Under the pieces are notes generated by a model. It ran no database searches, was not told the origin of the DNA, and was given only the letters and a program-made list of their open reading frames with translations. The position numbers and the translations under genes were made by a program. A stretch of DNA of 64,000 nucleotides from Dehalococcoidia bacterium (GTDB taxonomy: Bacteria > Chloroflexota > Dehalococcoidia > Bin125). Of this stretch, positions 18,045-33,261 are shown piece after piece (position 1 is the stretch's first letter; each line of letters starts with the position of its first letter). Where the stretch lies: the NCBI GenBank assembly GCA_963662615.2, contig CAXXSR010000001.1, forward strand, positions 1,120,001-1,184,000. Reading direction: 5' to 3'.

Positions 18045-20153
18045 CTAGAGAAAGAGTGGGCCGAAGACGACAGCGACGATTGACATCAGCTTCAGCAGGA
18101 TATTCAGCGACGGGCCGGACGTGTCCTTGAACGGGTCACCCACCGTATCGCCCACGACTGCCGCCTTGTGCGCCTCCGAACCCTTCCCCCCGAAGTTGCC
18201 CGCCTCAATGTACTTCTTGGCGTTGTCCCAGGCTCCGCCCGCATTGGCCATGGTGATCGCCATCAGGGCGCCGGCGGCGATCGAGCCGATCAGCAGGCCG
18301 CCCAACGCCTCCACCCCCATGACGGCGCCCACGAAGATCGGCACCGTCACCGCCAGGAGACCGGGCAGCACCATCTCTTTGAGTGCGCCGTTGGTGGAGA
18401 TCTCGATCGCCCGCGCATGGTCCGGCTGCTCCGTTCCGTCCATGATGCCCGGATGCTCGCGGAACTGGCGCCGAACCTCCTCCACCATGGCCATGGCCGC
18501 CCGCCCCACGGCGCCCATGCTGAGGGCGCTGAAAAGGAAAGGCATCAGGCCGCCGAGGAGGATCCCCGCCATGACCTCCGCGTCCAGGAGATTGAACAGG
18601 GAGACGTTGGTCACCGTGGCGTAGGTGGCGAGGAGCGCGAGCGCCGTGAGCGTGGCGGAGCCAATGGCGAAGCCCTTGCCCGTGGCCGCCGTGGTGTTGC
18701 CCAACTGATCGAGGGCATCGGTGCGCTCGCGCACTTCCGGTGGCAGGCCCGCTTGCTCCGCAATGCCGCCGGCATTGTCCGCCACGGGGCCGTAGGCGTC
18801 GCTGGCAAGCGTCACCCCCAGCGGCGCCAGCATCCCCACCGCCGCCAGGGCGATGCCGTAGAGACCCGCCACCTCATTGGTGATGACGATGGCCACGACA
18901 ATGGTCAGCACGGGAATCGCACTGGAGAGCATGCCCAGACTCATCCCACCAATGATCAGGGGACCGGCCCCGGACTCCGCCTGCCGGGCCAGGCTGGTGG
19001 TAGGGCTGTAGTGGAGGCGCCCCAGCCGGAACCCCGCGGAGGACGTGAAGCCCTCCGTCACGGTCCCGATGATCTGACCCGCGATGAGGCCGACGAGGAC
19101 GGCGAAGAAGAGGTTGGCGTCCAGCCCCATGACAGCGATGGCGATGCCGGAGCCGAGCAGGACCAGGGCGCTGGCGCTGTAGACGCCCGCGCGCAGGGCC
19201 CAGAGGAGACGCCCCTGGTCGGCCCCTTCGCTCGTGCGAACCAGAAATGTCCCGATGATGGACGCGAAGATGCCAATCGCGGCCACCAGGATCGGCAGCA
19301 CGAAGGCGTCCGAATCGAACGCAGCCGTCGCCTCGGCGCTAAAGATGCCCAGCGCTTGGGCGGCGTCCGCGAGGTCGCCGGTCGCGCCGGCGGTGAACAG
19401 GAGCGCGAGCGACATCGTTGCGACGATGGAGCCCACGTACGACTCGAAGAGGTCTGCGCCCATCCCCGCCACGTCGCCCACGTTGTCGCCCACGTTGTCC
19501 GCAATCGTGGCGGGGTTGCGCGGGTCGTCCTCGGGAATGCCGACCTCGATCTTCCCGACCAGGTCGGCGCCCACATCCGCCGCCTTCGTGAAGATGCCCC
19601 CGCCCACGCGCGCAAAGAGAGCGATGGATGAGGCGCCAAAGGCGAAGCCGGCCAGGGGGCCCGGCTTCTCCCAGATGAGGTACAGGATGGCAAGACCCAG
19701 AATCCCCAGCGCGACCACCGTCATCCCCATGACGGTGCCGGAGTTGAAGGCGGTGCGAAGAGCGCCGTTGAGCCCCTCCCGCGCCTTGGCGGCCGTCCGC
19801 ACGTTGGCGCGCACGGCAATGGTCATGCCGAAGTAGCCGGCCGCGCCGGAGAGAATGGCGCCGATCAGATAGCTCAGGGCGGTCTTGGGGATGTCGGAGC
19901 CGTCGTCCAACTGCTCCTTGTCCAAAATGTTGAGGTCAATGAACAGTACGAGCACGAGAAAGACCACGGCCACGAAGCCGGCCAGAACCGTGTACTCCCT
20001 GCGCAGGAAGGCCGATGCTCCGATCTGAATCGACCGGGCGATCGCCTGCATGCGCTCGTCACCCGGGTCCTCCGAGAGGACGTCGCGCACGCGCAGCGCC
20101 GCGAAGGCGAGCGCCACCACGCCGCCGACAATCGCAAGAACCAGGGTCTCCAT
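18045..20153 (-). CDS. hppA: Membrane-bound Na+/H+-translocating pyrophosphatase (K+-dependent signature)
   Basis: DVGADLVGKIE, DNVGDNVGD, GNTTAATGKG, GDTVGDPFKDTSGP. Confidence 0.96.
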   Translation of the reverse strand: METLVLAIVGGVVALAFAALRVRDVLSEDPGDERMQAIARSIQIGASAFLRREYTVLAGFVAVVFLVLVLFIDLNILDKEQLDDGSDIPKTALSYLIGAILSGAAGYFGMTIAVRANVRTAAKAREGLNGALRTAFNSGTVMGMTVVALGILGLAILYLIWEKPGPLAGFAFGASSIALFARVGGGIFTKAADVGADLVGKIEVGIPEDDPRNPATIADNVGDNVGDVAGMGADLFESYVGSIVATMSLALLFTAGATGDLADAAQALGIFSAEATAAFDSDAFVLPILVAAIGIFASIIGTFLVRTSEGADQGRLLWALRAGVYSASALVLLGSGIAIAVMGLDANLFFAVLVGLIAGQIIGTVTEGFTSSAGFRLGRLHYSPTTSLARQAESGAGPLIIGGMSLGMLSSAIPVLTIVVAIVITNEVAGLYGIALAAVGMLAPLGVTLASDAYGPVADNAGGIAEQAGLPPEVRERTDALDQLGNTTAATGKGFAIGSATLTALALLATYATVTNVSLFNLLDAEVMAGILLGGLMPFLFSALSMGAVGRAAMAMVEEVRRQFREHPGIMDGTEQPDHARAIEISTNGALKEMVLPGLLAVTVPIFVGAVMGVEALGGLLIGSIAAGALMAITMANAGGAWDNAKKYIEAGNFGGKGSEAHKAAVVGDTVGDPFKDTSGPSLNILLKLMSIVAVVFGPLFL

Positions 20154-20308
20154 CGGGCCTCCACACAGGGATCGAGGGGAGACGGCGCGGCGTCCGGCAG
20201 CGGCTCCCTGCCTTACTGCGACCGGCCCGAACTCTACCGCGCGCCGATCTCGCGATCAACGGCCAAGCCCAGCCGGGGCCGCTTGCTCCAGGGCGAAGCG
20301 GAGAGCGC

Positions 20309-21010
20309 TCAGTCGGACGGATCCGGGCCTACCTCCCGAGGGAGATGGCGCCGAAGCGTCTGCATCTCCTGCCGTACGCGCTCCTGCATGGCCGCCACGG
20401 TCAGGTCACCGCGCGTCCTCTCGGTGACACCTCGGACCATGTCCGTGTGGCGGCGCAGCCCTCGCGTGATCGCGTCGGGATAGTCGACGGTCACGAGCAG
20501 CGTGTAGATCTCGTCCATGGCGGCGAGCAGCGCTTCGGAGCGGGCCAGATCGCCATCGCGGAGGGCGTCGAGCGTGTGGCGCCGCAGCTCCCCCACCGCC
20601 TCCGCAAGGCCGTTGAGGTAGGCGGCATACTCCACCCCAAGCTCCGACGGCCCGGGCAGCGGGCGGCCGGTCACCAGGGCCAGCGTCAACGTTGCCTCGG
20701 CGTACTCCTTGACGGCGTCATGGAGAAAGCCCGAGTGGTAGATGTCGGGAAAGTCGGCCAGCGCTGCCTGCGCCCGCCGGGCGCTCTGGCGCGCGGTCCC
20801 CAAAAGCTCCGCCGCCCTCTCGTGCTCATGCCGGTGAGTGGCGCGGATGGAGTTGGCGCTGTATTGGATCACCTGCCGAGCGGCGGCGAGAGCCTCTTCA
20901 CGGGCGCGGTGCTTGGCATCAAACGCGGGCCGAATCTCCGCCATCACGCGATCCAGCGCGGCGCCCAGCCCTTCGCCCGCGGCCGTCCCGGCGCCATCAT
21001 TGCTGGCCAT
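20309..21010 (-). CDS. Translin/TRAX family protein
   Basis: REEALAAARQVI, KEYAEA, YLNGLAEAVGELRR and LRRHTDMVRG motifs of prokaryotic translin-like proteins. Confidence 0.82.
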   Translation of the reverse strand: MASNDGAGTAAGEGLGAALDRVMAEIRPAFDAKHRAREEALAAARQVIQYSANSIRATHRHEHERAAELLGTARQSARRAQAALADFPDIYHSGFLHDAVKEYAEATLTLALVTGRPLPGPSELGVEYAAYLNGLAEAVGELRRHTLDALRDGDLARSEALLAAMDEIYTLLVTVDYPDAITRGLRRHTDMVRGVTERTRGDLTVAAMQERVRQEMQTLRRHLPREVGPDPSD

Positions 21011-21015
21011 GCGCT

Positions 21016-21360
21016 TTAGAGATCCTTCAACGGCTGGGGGAGCTCACCGTCGCGGGCGGCGTCGATCATCGTGCGCGCTTCCGCCGGCATGTCCACACCC
21101 AGCTCGGCAATGCGCTCCTCCGCCCAGCGACCGATCTGGCGCGGGTCCCGATAAGCATCCGGGCCTGCCCCCGGCGCCGGCGTGCCATGCCGCTCCCGCA
21201 CCTGCTGCTCGGTCAGCGGCGTCGCGAAGCGGGAGAGCGCCCGGCGCGTCCGCTTGCCCCCGCAGTGGCCGCAGAGCGGCGGCTTGGCGGTACGGCGAGA
21301 GCGAAAATACACCTCCGTGCGCTTGTCGCAATCTCTGCAGAGGTACTCATAGATCGGCAT
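21016..21360 (-). CDS. FmdB family zinc-ribbon protein
   Basis: MPIYEYLCRDC...CGHCG...SRF. Confidence 0.88.
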   Translation of the reverse strand: MPIYEYLCRDCDKRTEVYFRSRRTAKPPLCGHCGGKRTRRALSRFATPLTEQQVRERHGTPAPGAGPDAYRDPRQIGRWAEERIAELGVDMPAEARTMIDAARDGELPQPLKDL

Positions 21361-21535
21361 TGCCAACTCATCGCACGGGCTTCGCCATCAGCCGTCAGGA
21401 GGTAGCCGCAAGAGCGACGGCAGCGGACGCCGTGGGGCGCCACGACGGCATTCCGGCGGGGCGCAGGCGCTGCCGGCGGGGGTGCGAGCACCGCCGAGCC
21501 CGGCTGGAGCCGAGCGTAACACACGCCGACGGCGC

Positions 21536-21907
21536 TCAAGCTTCAACGGCGTTCTCCACGTGCCGGACCGAGAGGACGCGGCCGTCCACGCCCACGGCAA
21601 TGGCAATCACGTCGATGCGCGCATCTTCGGCGGACGGACGTTCGGCGAGGTATTCGCCCGCAAGCTCGGCCAGGCGGCGCTGCTTGCGCTGGTCCACCGC
21701 CTCGATCACGGTCGCCTCCGCATCCGCCCCCCGCCGCGTGCGCACCTCCACGATAACCAGCACGCCCTCGGGCGATCGCGCCACAAGGTCCAGCTCTCCG
21801 TGAGCGCTGCGGACGTTGCGCTCCATGATCTCATAGCCCTTCGATTCCAGGTGCGCGGCGGCGAGCCGTTCGCCGGCGGCGCCGAGCGCCTGACGGGCAT
21901 TGGTCAT
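21536..21907 (-). CDS. yraN: YraN/UPF0102 family putative endonuclease
   Basis: LGAAGERLAAAHL, GELDLVA, VEVRTR, RIDVIAI. Confidence 0.92.
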   Translation of the reverse strand: MTNARQALGAAGERLAAAHLESKGYEIMERNVRSAHGELDLVARSPEGVLVIVEVRTRRGADAEATVIEAVDQRKQRRLAELAGEYLAERPSAEDARIDVIAIAVGVDGRVLSVRHVENAVEA

Positions 21908-22563
21908 GGCGGCGCCACCAATCGACGCACGGGCGCAAACGAGGCCCGGTGCTGAGAGCAGGGACCATGCCGTTCCAGCGCCGCCAGATGAGCGGCGGTG
22001 CCATAGCCCTTGTTGCTGGCGAAGCCGTAGCCGCGGAAGCGCGTGTCAGCCCGCTCCATCCAGGCATCACGGGCGACCTTCGCCAGCACGGAGGCCGCGG
22101 CAATGCTCGTCACCTGCACATCGCCCCGCACGATCGCCTCCACCGGGCAGTCGAGCGGGAGCGCGTCGGTCCCGTCAACCAGGACGAAGGAAGGCGGCTC
22201 GGCGAGGGCGGCCAGCGCGCGCCGCATCGCCCGCCGCGTCGCCTCCACCACGCCCGCGTCGTCCACTTCCCAGGCGGAGGCCCAGCCCACGGCCCAATCG
22301 GTCACGGCCGTTTTGATGGCGGCGGCGATCCGGCGTCGCGACACGGCCGTCAACTGCTTGCTGTCGCGCACGTCCGCCAGCCAGGCCGGACGGGCGTAGG
22401 GGCGCAGCACCACGGCGCCTGCCGTGACCGGGCCGGCAAGCGGACCCCGTCCGACCTCATCCAGGCCGGCTACGGCTCGGTAGCCCTCTCGCCAGAGCCG
22501 AAGCTCCCGAGCAACGCTAGGGCGAACCGCCTTTCTCGCTCCAAGCAGCTGGGGAGACGCCAT
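21904..22563 (-). CDS. rnhB: Ribonuclease HII
   Basis: GLDEVGRGPLAGPV, DSKQL, SIAAASVLAKVARD, NKGYGT. Confidence 0.96.
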   Translation of the reverse strand: MASPQLLGARKAVRPSVARELRLWREGYRAVAGLDEVGRGPLAGPVTAGAVVLRPYARPAWLADVRDSKQLTAVSRRRIAAAIKTAVTDWAVGWASAWEVDDAGVVEATRRAMRRALAALAEPPSFVLVDGTDALPLDCPVEAIVRGDVQVTSIAAASVLAKVARDAWMERADTRFRGYGFASNKGYGTAAHLAALERHGPCSQHRASFAPVRRLVAPP

Positions 22564-22906
22564 CCTCCGTCCCTCCTCCTAAGGGGTACTGCTTAAGGCA
22601 CCTTGGCAATTGTGAGATGGATGGCGCAAGCCGAAGATCTCCAATGAGGCGGGGTTCGTACGCTTCCAGTGGGCCTCCGACTCAGCGCGATTGGGGGGGC
22701 CGTCGCGGATAATCCTTCTGGGCGGCAGAGTCTCCCTGGACGGTCTGGCGCCGTTGTAGGGGCTGGAGGGCCCGGCAGGGGGCGTCGAACCGCGCAGTCG
22801 AACGACAGAGAGGGCTCCGCAACCCTGCTATATTTGTAAACAGGGGCGGAGTACATCTCACTGCTGGGCTCCACGAGCCCGGAGAGACCGAAAGAGAGAA
22901 CGAGGC

Positions 22907-24892
<1,986 letters not shown>

Positions 24893-24975
24893 GGCCGCTT
24901 CGCTGCCACCGCGTCGACGCGCGCTCGCGCCCGCGATGGGCGTTGGTCCGTCCCTGCGGGGACGCTCAACCGTGC

Positions 24976-25005
24976 TTGACCCGCCCGGAAGCGCGGCCGT
25001 ACGCT
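24976..25005 (+). promoter_or_regulatory. Putative sigma70 promoter of the rplU operon
   Basis: TTGACC-18 nt-TACGCT. Confidence 0.5.
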
Positions 25006-25046
25006 GGAACTGAACCGTTTCCCACCGAAATCGTACGAGGGCCCCC

Positions 25047-25523
25047 ATGTACGCCGTGATTCGCACCGGCGGAAAGCAATACCGCGTGGAACCGGGCCAA
25101 CGACTGCGAATTGACCGATTACCGGGCGCCGAGGGAGACCGCATCGATTTTCCAGACGTTCTGCTGCTGGGCGAGGGCGAAGAGACCGAGATCGGGACGC
25201 CCACCGTGGCGGACGCTCGCGTGGTGGCGGAGATCCTCACGCAAGGGCGCGACAAGAAAGTGCTGGTCTTCAAATACAAGAACAAGATTCGCTATCGCCG
25301 CTTGATTGGCCACCGTCAGCGCTCCACCACGGTCGCAATTCAAGAGATCGTCGGGCCGGACGGCCGCTCCTGGGGCCCGCCGGTCAAGGCGCAGGAACGA
25401 GCGGGGAGTGAGACGGACGCGACGGACACGGCGGACGCCCCGGACGCCGATGCCGACGGCGCGGTGGAGGCGCCGGCAGGCGAAGCCGCTCCTGATCCCC
25501 AGGCCACGCGCGAGGAGGATTAG
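25047..25523 (+). CDS. rplU: 50S ribosomal protein L21
   Basis: [14 protein letters not shown]...GHRQ, with an acidic C-terminal tail. Confidence 0.97.
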   Translation: MYAVIRTGGKQYRVEPGQRLRIDRLPGAEGDRIDFPDVLLLGEGEETEIGTPTVADARVVAEILTQGRDKKVLVFKYKNKIRYRRLIGHRQRSTTVAIQEIVGPDGRSWGPPVKAQERAGSETDATDTADAPDADADGAVEAPAGEAAPDPQATREED

Positions 25524-25525
25524 CG

Positions 25526-25798
25526 ATGGCACACAAGAAGGGAGTTGGCTCGTCCCGCAACGGCCGCGACAGCGCTTCCAAGCGATTGGGCGTGAAGCTT
25601 TACGACGGCCAAGCGGTGCGGACCGGCGGTATCCTGGTGCGGCAGCGAGGAACGCGATTCCATCCCGGTCGCAACGTCGGGGTGGGCCGCGACCATACCC
25701 TCTACGCGCTGGCCGACGGCGTGGTCAAGTTTGAGCCCTACGCCAAAGGACGGCGGAAGAAGGTCAGTGTGTACGGGGCCGCGGCGGTTGGCGCCTGA
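25526..25798 (+). CDS. rpmA: 50S ribosomal protein L27
   Basis: [16 protein letters not shown]. Confidence 0.98.
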   Translation: MAHKKGVGSSRNGRDSASKRLGVKLYDGQAVRTGGILVRQRGTRFHPGRNVGVGRDHTLYALADGVVKFEPYAKGRRKKVSVYGAAAVGA

Positions 25799-25800
25799 CC

Positions 25801-26067
25801 ATGAAGAGCGACATCCACCCGCAGTACGGCCCGGCGGTCATCCACTGCGGCTGCGGGAATCGCTGGGAGACGCGCTCCACGAAGACGGACATGCGGATCG
25901 AGATCTGCAGCCAGTGCCATCCGTTCTTTACGGGCGAGCAGCGGATCGTGGATACCGCCGGCCGCGTCGAACGGTTCCGTCGGCGCTACGGTCTGGCCGA
26001 AGACGAAGCGACCGTGGCGGAAGAGGCGGCGCCGGAAGACGAGAGCCGGTCTGACACACCCGAGTAG
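25801..26067 (+). CDS. rpmE: 50S ribosomal protein L31 (Zn-binding type)
   Basis: [28 protein letters not shown]. Confidence 0.97.
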   Translation: MKSDIHPQYGPAVIHCGCGNRWETRSTKTDMRIEICSQCHPFFTGEQRIVDTAGRVERFRRRYGLAEDEATVAEEAAPEDESRSDTPE

Positions 26068-26168
26068 ATCGCAGCGCCCAGCAGGGACTCCTCTCCCGCC
26101 GGACGAGCGCCGGCGCAGGCCGGAATCCGTTGCCACCGCCATCGCTGCCGCCCCCCTATCCTGAAGGC

Positions 26169-27128
26169 ATGGCTCTCAGACGTCAGGTAGAGGTGAGGCG
26201 CGCCGGCTTCGGTGGTCAGGCCGTGATCGAAGGCGTCATGATCCGCGGCCCGCGCCACGCGACCGTGGTCTGCCGGCGACCGGACGGCTCCCTCTCGTAC
26301 CGTCAGCGGACGCTGCAGAGAGGCTACACGGGCCGGCTCGCCCGACTCCCGCTGGTCCGGGGGATAATCACGCTGGCCGAGACCCTGCATCTGGGGATCT
26401 GGGCGCTGATCTTCTCGCAGAATGTCGCCCTGGCGGAGGAGGGAGAGGAGGAGGAGGAGGAGGGCCTGGGCATCATTGGGGGCGTTACGATCTTTCTCGC
26501 CTTCGCTATCGGAATCGGCATCTTCTTCCTGGGGCCCGTGGCAGCGGCGCGATGGCTGCAGAGTCGCCTGGACCCCGAAATCATTGCCGTGATCCTGGAA
26601 GGCGTTCTTCGCCTCATCCTCTTGCTCGGCTACCTCTGGCTGGTGGGCCGGATGCCGGACATCCGACGGGTGTTTGAGTATCACGGCGCGGAGCACAAGA
26701 CCATTGCCGCCTGGGAGGCGGAAGAGCCGCTCACCGTGGATCGGGTGCGACCGTTCAGCCGCGCTCACCCCCGCTGCGGCACGTCGTTCCTGCTCGTCGT
26801 GGCGGTGGTCGCGATCTTGGTCTTCACCGCGTTGGGCAATCCCCCGCTGTGGTGGCACCTGACCAGCCGCATCGTGTTCGTGCCCGTCATCGCGGCGATC
26901 GCGTATGAAGCCATTCGGGCCGGCGGCCGCTACCGCCACCGACGCGTGGTCGGCTGGCTCTTCGCGCCCAACCTCTGGCTGCAAGGGCTGACGACGCGCG
27001 AGCCGGAGGACGAGCAGATTCGGGTCGCCATTGCCGCCATGGAGCGCGCGCTGGCGCAGGAAGAGGCCCAGCGGGCGCAGGGCCGGTCGTCCGATGCGCC
27101 GCAAATGGAGGCGGCGCCGGGGGATTAG
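26169..27128 (+). CDS. DUF1385 domain membrane protein
   Basis: [34 protein letters not shown]. Confidence 0.92.
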   Translation: MALRRQVEVRRAGFGGQAVIEGVMIRGPRHATVVCRRPDGSLSYRQRTLQRGYTGRLARLPLVRGIITLAETLHLGIWALIFSQNVALAEEGEEEEEEGLGIIGGVTIFLAFAIGIGIFFLGPVAAARWLQSRLDPEIIAVILEGVLRLILLLGYLWLVGRMPDIRRVFEYHGAEHKTIAAWEAEEPLTVDRVRPFSRAHPRCGTSFLLVVAVVAILVFTALGNPPLWWHLTSRIVFVPVIAAIAYEAIRAGGRYRHRRVVGWLFAPNLWLQGLTTREPEDEQIRVAIAAMERALAQEEAQRAQGRSSDAPQMEAAPGD

Positions 27129-27502
27129 TCCTGGTTGAGGCCGCGGTGGAAGCAGCTCACCTGGCCGGTGTGGCAGGTGGGACCGGCGGGCTCCGCGCGC
27201 ACGAGCAGGGCGTCGGCGTCACAGTCCTTGCGGATCGACTTCAGGCGAAGGACGTTGCCGCTGGTCTCCCCCTTGGTCCAGTACGTCTGCCGGCTCCGGC
27301 TCCAGAACGTGACCAGCCCCGACGCCAGCGTCCGTCGCACCGCCTCTTCATCCATGTAGGCAAGCATCAGCACCTCCCCGCTGGCGTCGTTCTGGACGAC
27401 GGCGGGGAGAAGCCCGTCCGCACCGTACCGCAGCGGCGGAACGACCGTGGCGGCCTCGGTGGCGGCCTGGGTGGCGGCATCATTGTCAGGAGACGGCGTC
27501 AT
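27125..27502 (-). CDS. hisI: Phosphoribosyl-AMP cyclohydrolase (stand-alone)
   Basis: [33 protein letters not shown]. Confidence 0.95.
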   Translation of the reverse strand: MTPSPDNDAATQAATEAATVVPPLRYGADGLLPAVVQNDASGEVLMLAYMDEEAVRRTLASGLVTFWSRSRQTYWTKGETSGNVLRLKSIRKDCDADALLVRAEPAGPTCHTGQVSCFHRGLNQD

Positions 27503-28271
27503 AGCGTGGTTGCTCCAATCGCACGGGCACGCCTGCCTGCGCCATGCTGCGCTTGACGTCCAGGATACGACAGGTTCCGAAGTGAAAGATGCTGGCCGCC
27601 AAGACGGCGTCGGCGTGGCCTTCGACGATGGCGTCAATCATGTGCTGTGCGTTGCCGGCGCCGCCGCTGGCGATCACCGGGACCGGGACGGCGTCCGCAA
27701 TGGCTCGCAGCATGGGGAGGTCGAAACCGTCCTGGTGGCCGTCGGTGTCCATGGAGGTCAGCAGGATCTCACCGGCGCCACGCTCCACCGCCTCGCGCGC
27801 CCAGGCCACGGCATCGCGGCCGGTGGTCCGGCGGCCACCGTGCGTGTAGACCTCAAAGCCCCCTTGCGCCCGCGCCTTCGCGTCGATGGCGACGACGATG
27901 CACTGGCTGCCGAAGCGCTGCGCCCCTTGCGTGATCAACTCTGGCGTGGTGAGGGCCGCCGTGTTGATAGAGACCTTGTCGGCGCCCGCTTCCAGCATCC
28001 CCCGCATGTCGGCGGTGCTCCGAATCCCGCCGCCCACCGTAAACGGAATGAACACCTCGTCCGCGGTGCGGCGCACCATCTCCACGACCGTCTCGCGTTC
28101 CTCGTGCGAGGCGGTGATATCCAAGAAGACCAGCTCGTCCGCCCCCTCGCGATCGTAGAGGCGGGCCAGCTCCACGGGATCACCGGCGTCGCGCAGATCC
28201 ACGAATGAGACGCCCTTGACGACCCGTCCCCGGTCGACGTCGAAGCAGGCGATGACGCGCTTCGTCAGCAT
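27486..28271 (-). CDS. hisF: Imidazole glycerol phosphate synthase subunit HisF
   Basis: [31 protein letters not shown]. Confidence 0.97.
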   Translation of the reverse strand: MLTKRVIACFDVDRGRVVKGVSFVDLRDAGDPVELARLYDREGADELVFLDITASHEERETVVEMVRRTADEVFIPFTVGGGIRSTADMRGMLEAGADKVSINTAALTTPELITQGAQRFGSQCIVVAIDAKARAQGGFEVYTHGGRRTTGRDAVAWAREAVERGAGEILLTSMDTDGHQDGFDLPMLRAIADAVPVPVIASGGAGNAQHMIDAIVEGHADAVLAASIFHFGTCRILDVKRSMAQAGVPVRLEQPRYDAVS

Positions 28272-28361
28272 TTTGTCGCCCGACCCCCATCCAAGCCGGC
28301 GGGCTTGCTCCGGTCGTCACCGCCCGCTGAGCCCACGCCCCCAACCGGCCCGGCCCGGCCG

Positions 28362-29081
28362 TTACCCCAGTGCCCTCGCCGCAGCGACGGCCGCCGCCAA
28401 GTCCACTTGTCCATCGTAAAGAGCGCGGCCAATGATCGCCGCCTCCGCGCCCGCTTCCGCCAACGCGGCGATTTGGGCAACGTTGGCGACACCGCCGGAG
28501 GCGATGACCGGGACTGCCACCGCCGCCACGAGGCGCCGCAAAGCGTCGTAGTTCGGCTCGGTCACCGTCCCGTCGCGGGCGATATCCGTGGCGATCAAGC
28601 GGCGCACGCCGGCCCCGACCAACGTCTCCGCGAGGTCCACGACGCCGAGGCCACTGGTCTGCGTCCAGCCGTCTGTCGCGACCAGGCCCTCGCGCGCGTC
28701 CAGCGAGACCACGATGGCCTCGCCGTGTTCACGGCAGAGCGCCTCCACCAGCGCCTGATCACGGACCGCGGCCGTGCCCAGCACCACCCGATCGATTCCG
28801 GCGGCCCGGTGGCGGGCGACTGCCGCGGCGGAGCGGATGCCGCCGCCGGCCTGCACCGGCACCCCCAGCCGCCCGATCGCCGCCACGAGATTGAAATTGA
28901 CGGGCTCGCCGCTGCGCGCGCCATCAAGGTCCACCACGTGGAGGCGGGTCGCGCCGGCCTGGACCCAGCGCCGGGCGGCCGCGACCGGATCGGCGTCGAA
29001 GACGGTCTCGGCGCCGTAATCGCCCCGCAGGAGGCGGACGCAGCGCCCGCCGAGAATATCGACCGCCGGGATGATGTCCAT
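28362..29081 (-). CDS. hisA: ProFAR isomerase HisA
   Basis: IIPAVDILGGRCVRL, LHVVDLDGA, TDIARDG. Confidence 0.96.
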   Translation of the reverse strand: MDIIPAVDILGGRCVRLLRGDYGAETVFDADPVAAARRWVQAGATRLHVVDLDGARSGEPVNFNLVAAIGRLGVPVQAGGGIRSAAAVARHRAAGIDRVVLGTAAVRDQALVEALCREHGEAIVVSLDAREGLVATDGWTQTSGLGVVDLAETLVGAGVRRLIATDIARDGTVTEPNYDALRRLVAAVAVPVIASGGVANVAQIAALAEAGAEAAIIGRALYDGQVDLAAAVAAARALG

Positions 29082-29087
29082 CTGCCG

Positions 29088-31944
<2,857 letters not shown>

Positions 31945-32187
31945 CCGGCCCCGACGTGGTCCTGCGGGCGCGATTGCTCCGGCCACGCGCGCTGTCCACC
32001 CGATCGACACGAGAGCGCCGTCGCCGTTCCACATGAAATCTCGCCGCAACTCGAAGGGCGGTCCGCGAAAAGCGAGCCCGCGAGCGACGCCGGCGCGCCT
32101 TCCCGCTGCTCAGAGCCCCTTATATAGTGGGCGCTAGGGTGCGAGTGCCGGTCGCTGTAGCGCTTCCCGTTCCTGCTGAAGGTGCTT

Positions 32188-33252
32188 ATGGCATTAAATC
32201 CCCTTGCCTGGCTGTTCGGCCGCCTCTCGCACGATGTCGGCATTGACCTAGGCACGGCCAACACGCTGGTGACCGTCAAGGGTCGCGGCATCGTCATTGA
32301 CGAGCCCTCCGTGGTCGCGATCGACCGGCACAGCAAGACGATCCTGGCCATTGGTGCCGAAGCCAAACGGATGGTGGGCCGGACGCCGGCCAACATCGTG
32401 GCGGTGCGCCCGCTCAAGGACGGCGTCATCTCCGATTTCGACGTGGCCGAGCGGATGCTGCAGTACTTCATCCGGTCTGTCCACGAACGGTTCGCTCGGG
32501 GGGTGCCGCGTCCGCGCGTGGTGGTGGGCATGCCCAGCGGCGTTACCGAGGTCGAGAAGCGCGCCATCTACGACGTCATCATCAACGCCGGCGCCCGCGA
32601 GGCCTTCATGGTGGAGGAGCCGTTGGCGGCGGCCATTGGCGCCGGCCTCCCGATCCTAGAGGCCACCGGCACAATGATTGTGGACGTTGGCGGCGGCACC
32701 ACGGAAGTGGCGGTGTGCGCGTTGGGGGGGATCGTTGTGAGCACCTCAATCCGCGTCGCCGGTGACGAGATCGATCAGGACATCATTGCCTACGCCCGCC
32801 AGGTCCATAACATGCTGATTGGCGAGCGAACCGCGGAAGAGATTAAGATCGAAGGGGGATCGGCCTTCTCCCTGGAGCGCGAACGGCCGGTCGTCCTACG
32901 GGGCCGGGATCTCGCCACCGGGCTCCCCAAGAGTGTCGAGGTCAGCACCGTAGAACTGCGCGACGCGCTGACCGGCTCAACCAGCGCGATCACGGAGGCC
33001 GTGCGCCAGACGATAGAAATCACGCCGCCCGAGCTGGTGGCCGATCTCATGAACCAAGGGATCGCGCTGGCGGGGGGTGGTGCGCTGCTGGCGGGGCTGG
33101 ACCGCCGGATCTCTCAGGAAACGAAGTTTCCCGTCTACGTGGCTGAAGATCCGCTCACTTGCGTCGTGCGGGGCTGCTCCGAAGTCCTGGAGGAAGCGGA
33201 CATGCTGGCCAAGATTCGCACGCAGATGCAGAGCTGGCGGGGGCGGGGGTAA
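32188..33252 (+). CDS. mreB: Rod shape-determining protein MreB
   Basis: GIDLGTANT, VDVGGGTTEVA, LAGGGALL. Confidence 0.97.
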   Translation: MALNPLAWLFGRLSHDVGIDLGTANTLVTVKGRGIVIDEPSVVAIDRHSKTILAIGAEAKRMVGRTPANIVAVRPLKDGVISDFDVAERMLQYFIRSVHERFARGVPRPRVVVGMPSGVTEVEKRAIYDVIINAGAREAFMVEEPLAAAIGAGLPILEATGTMIVDVGGGTTEVAVCALGGIVVSTSIRVAGDEIDQDIIAYARQVHNMLIGERTAEEIKIEGGSAFSLERERPVVLRGRDLATGLPKSVEVSTVELRDALTGSTSAITEAVRQTIEITPPELVADLMNQGIALAGGGALLAGLDRRISQETKFPVYVAEDPLTCVVRGCSEVLEEADMLAKIRTQMQSWRGRG

Positions 33253-33261
33253 TCCGCGCCT

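Noticed and set aside
21385-21430. SRP RNA-like GTCAGG...GCAGC segment
   Set aside because: Lacks the CAGGTCCGGAAGGAAGCAG core and the long flanking helix.
26443-26462. GAG trinucleotide run in the DUF1385 gene
   Set aside because: Encodes the usual acidic linker of this family and stays in frame.
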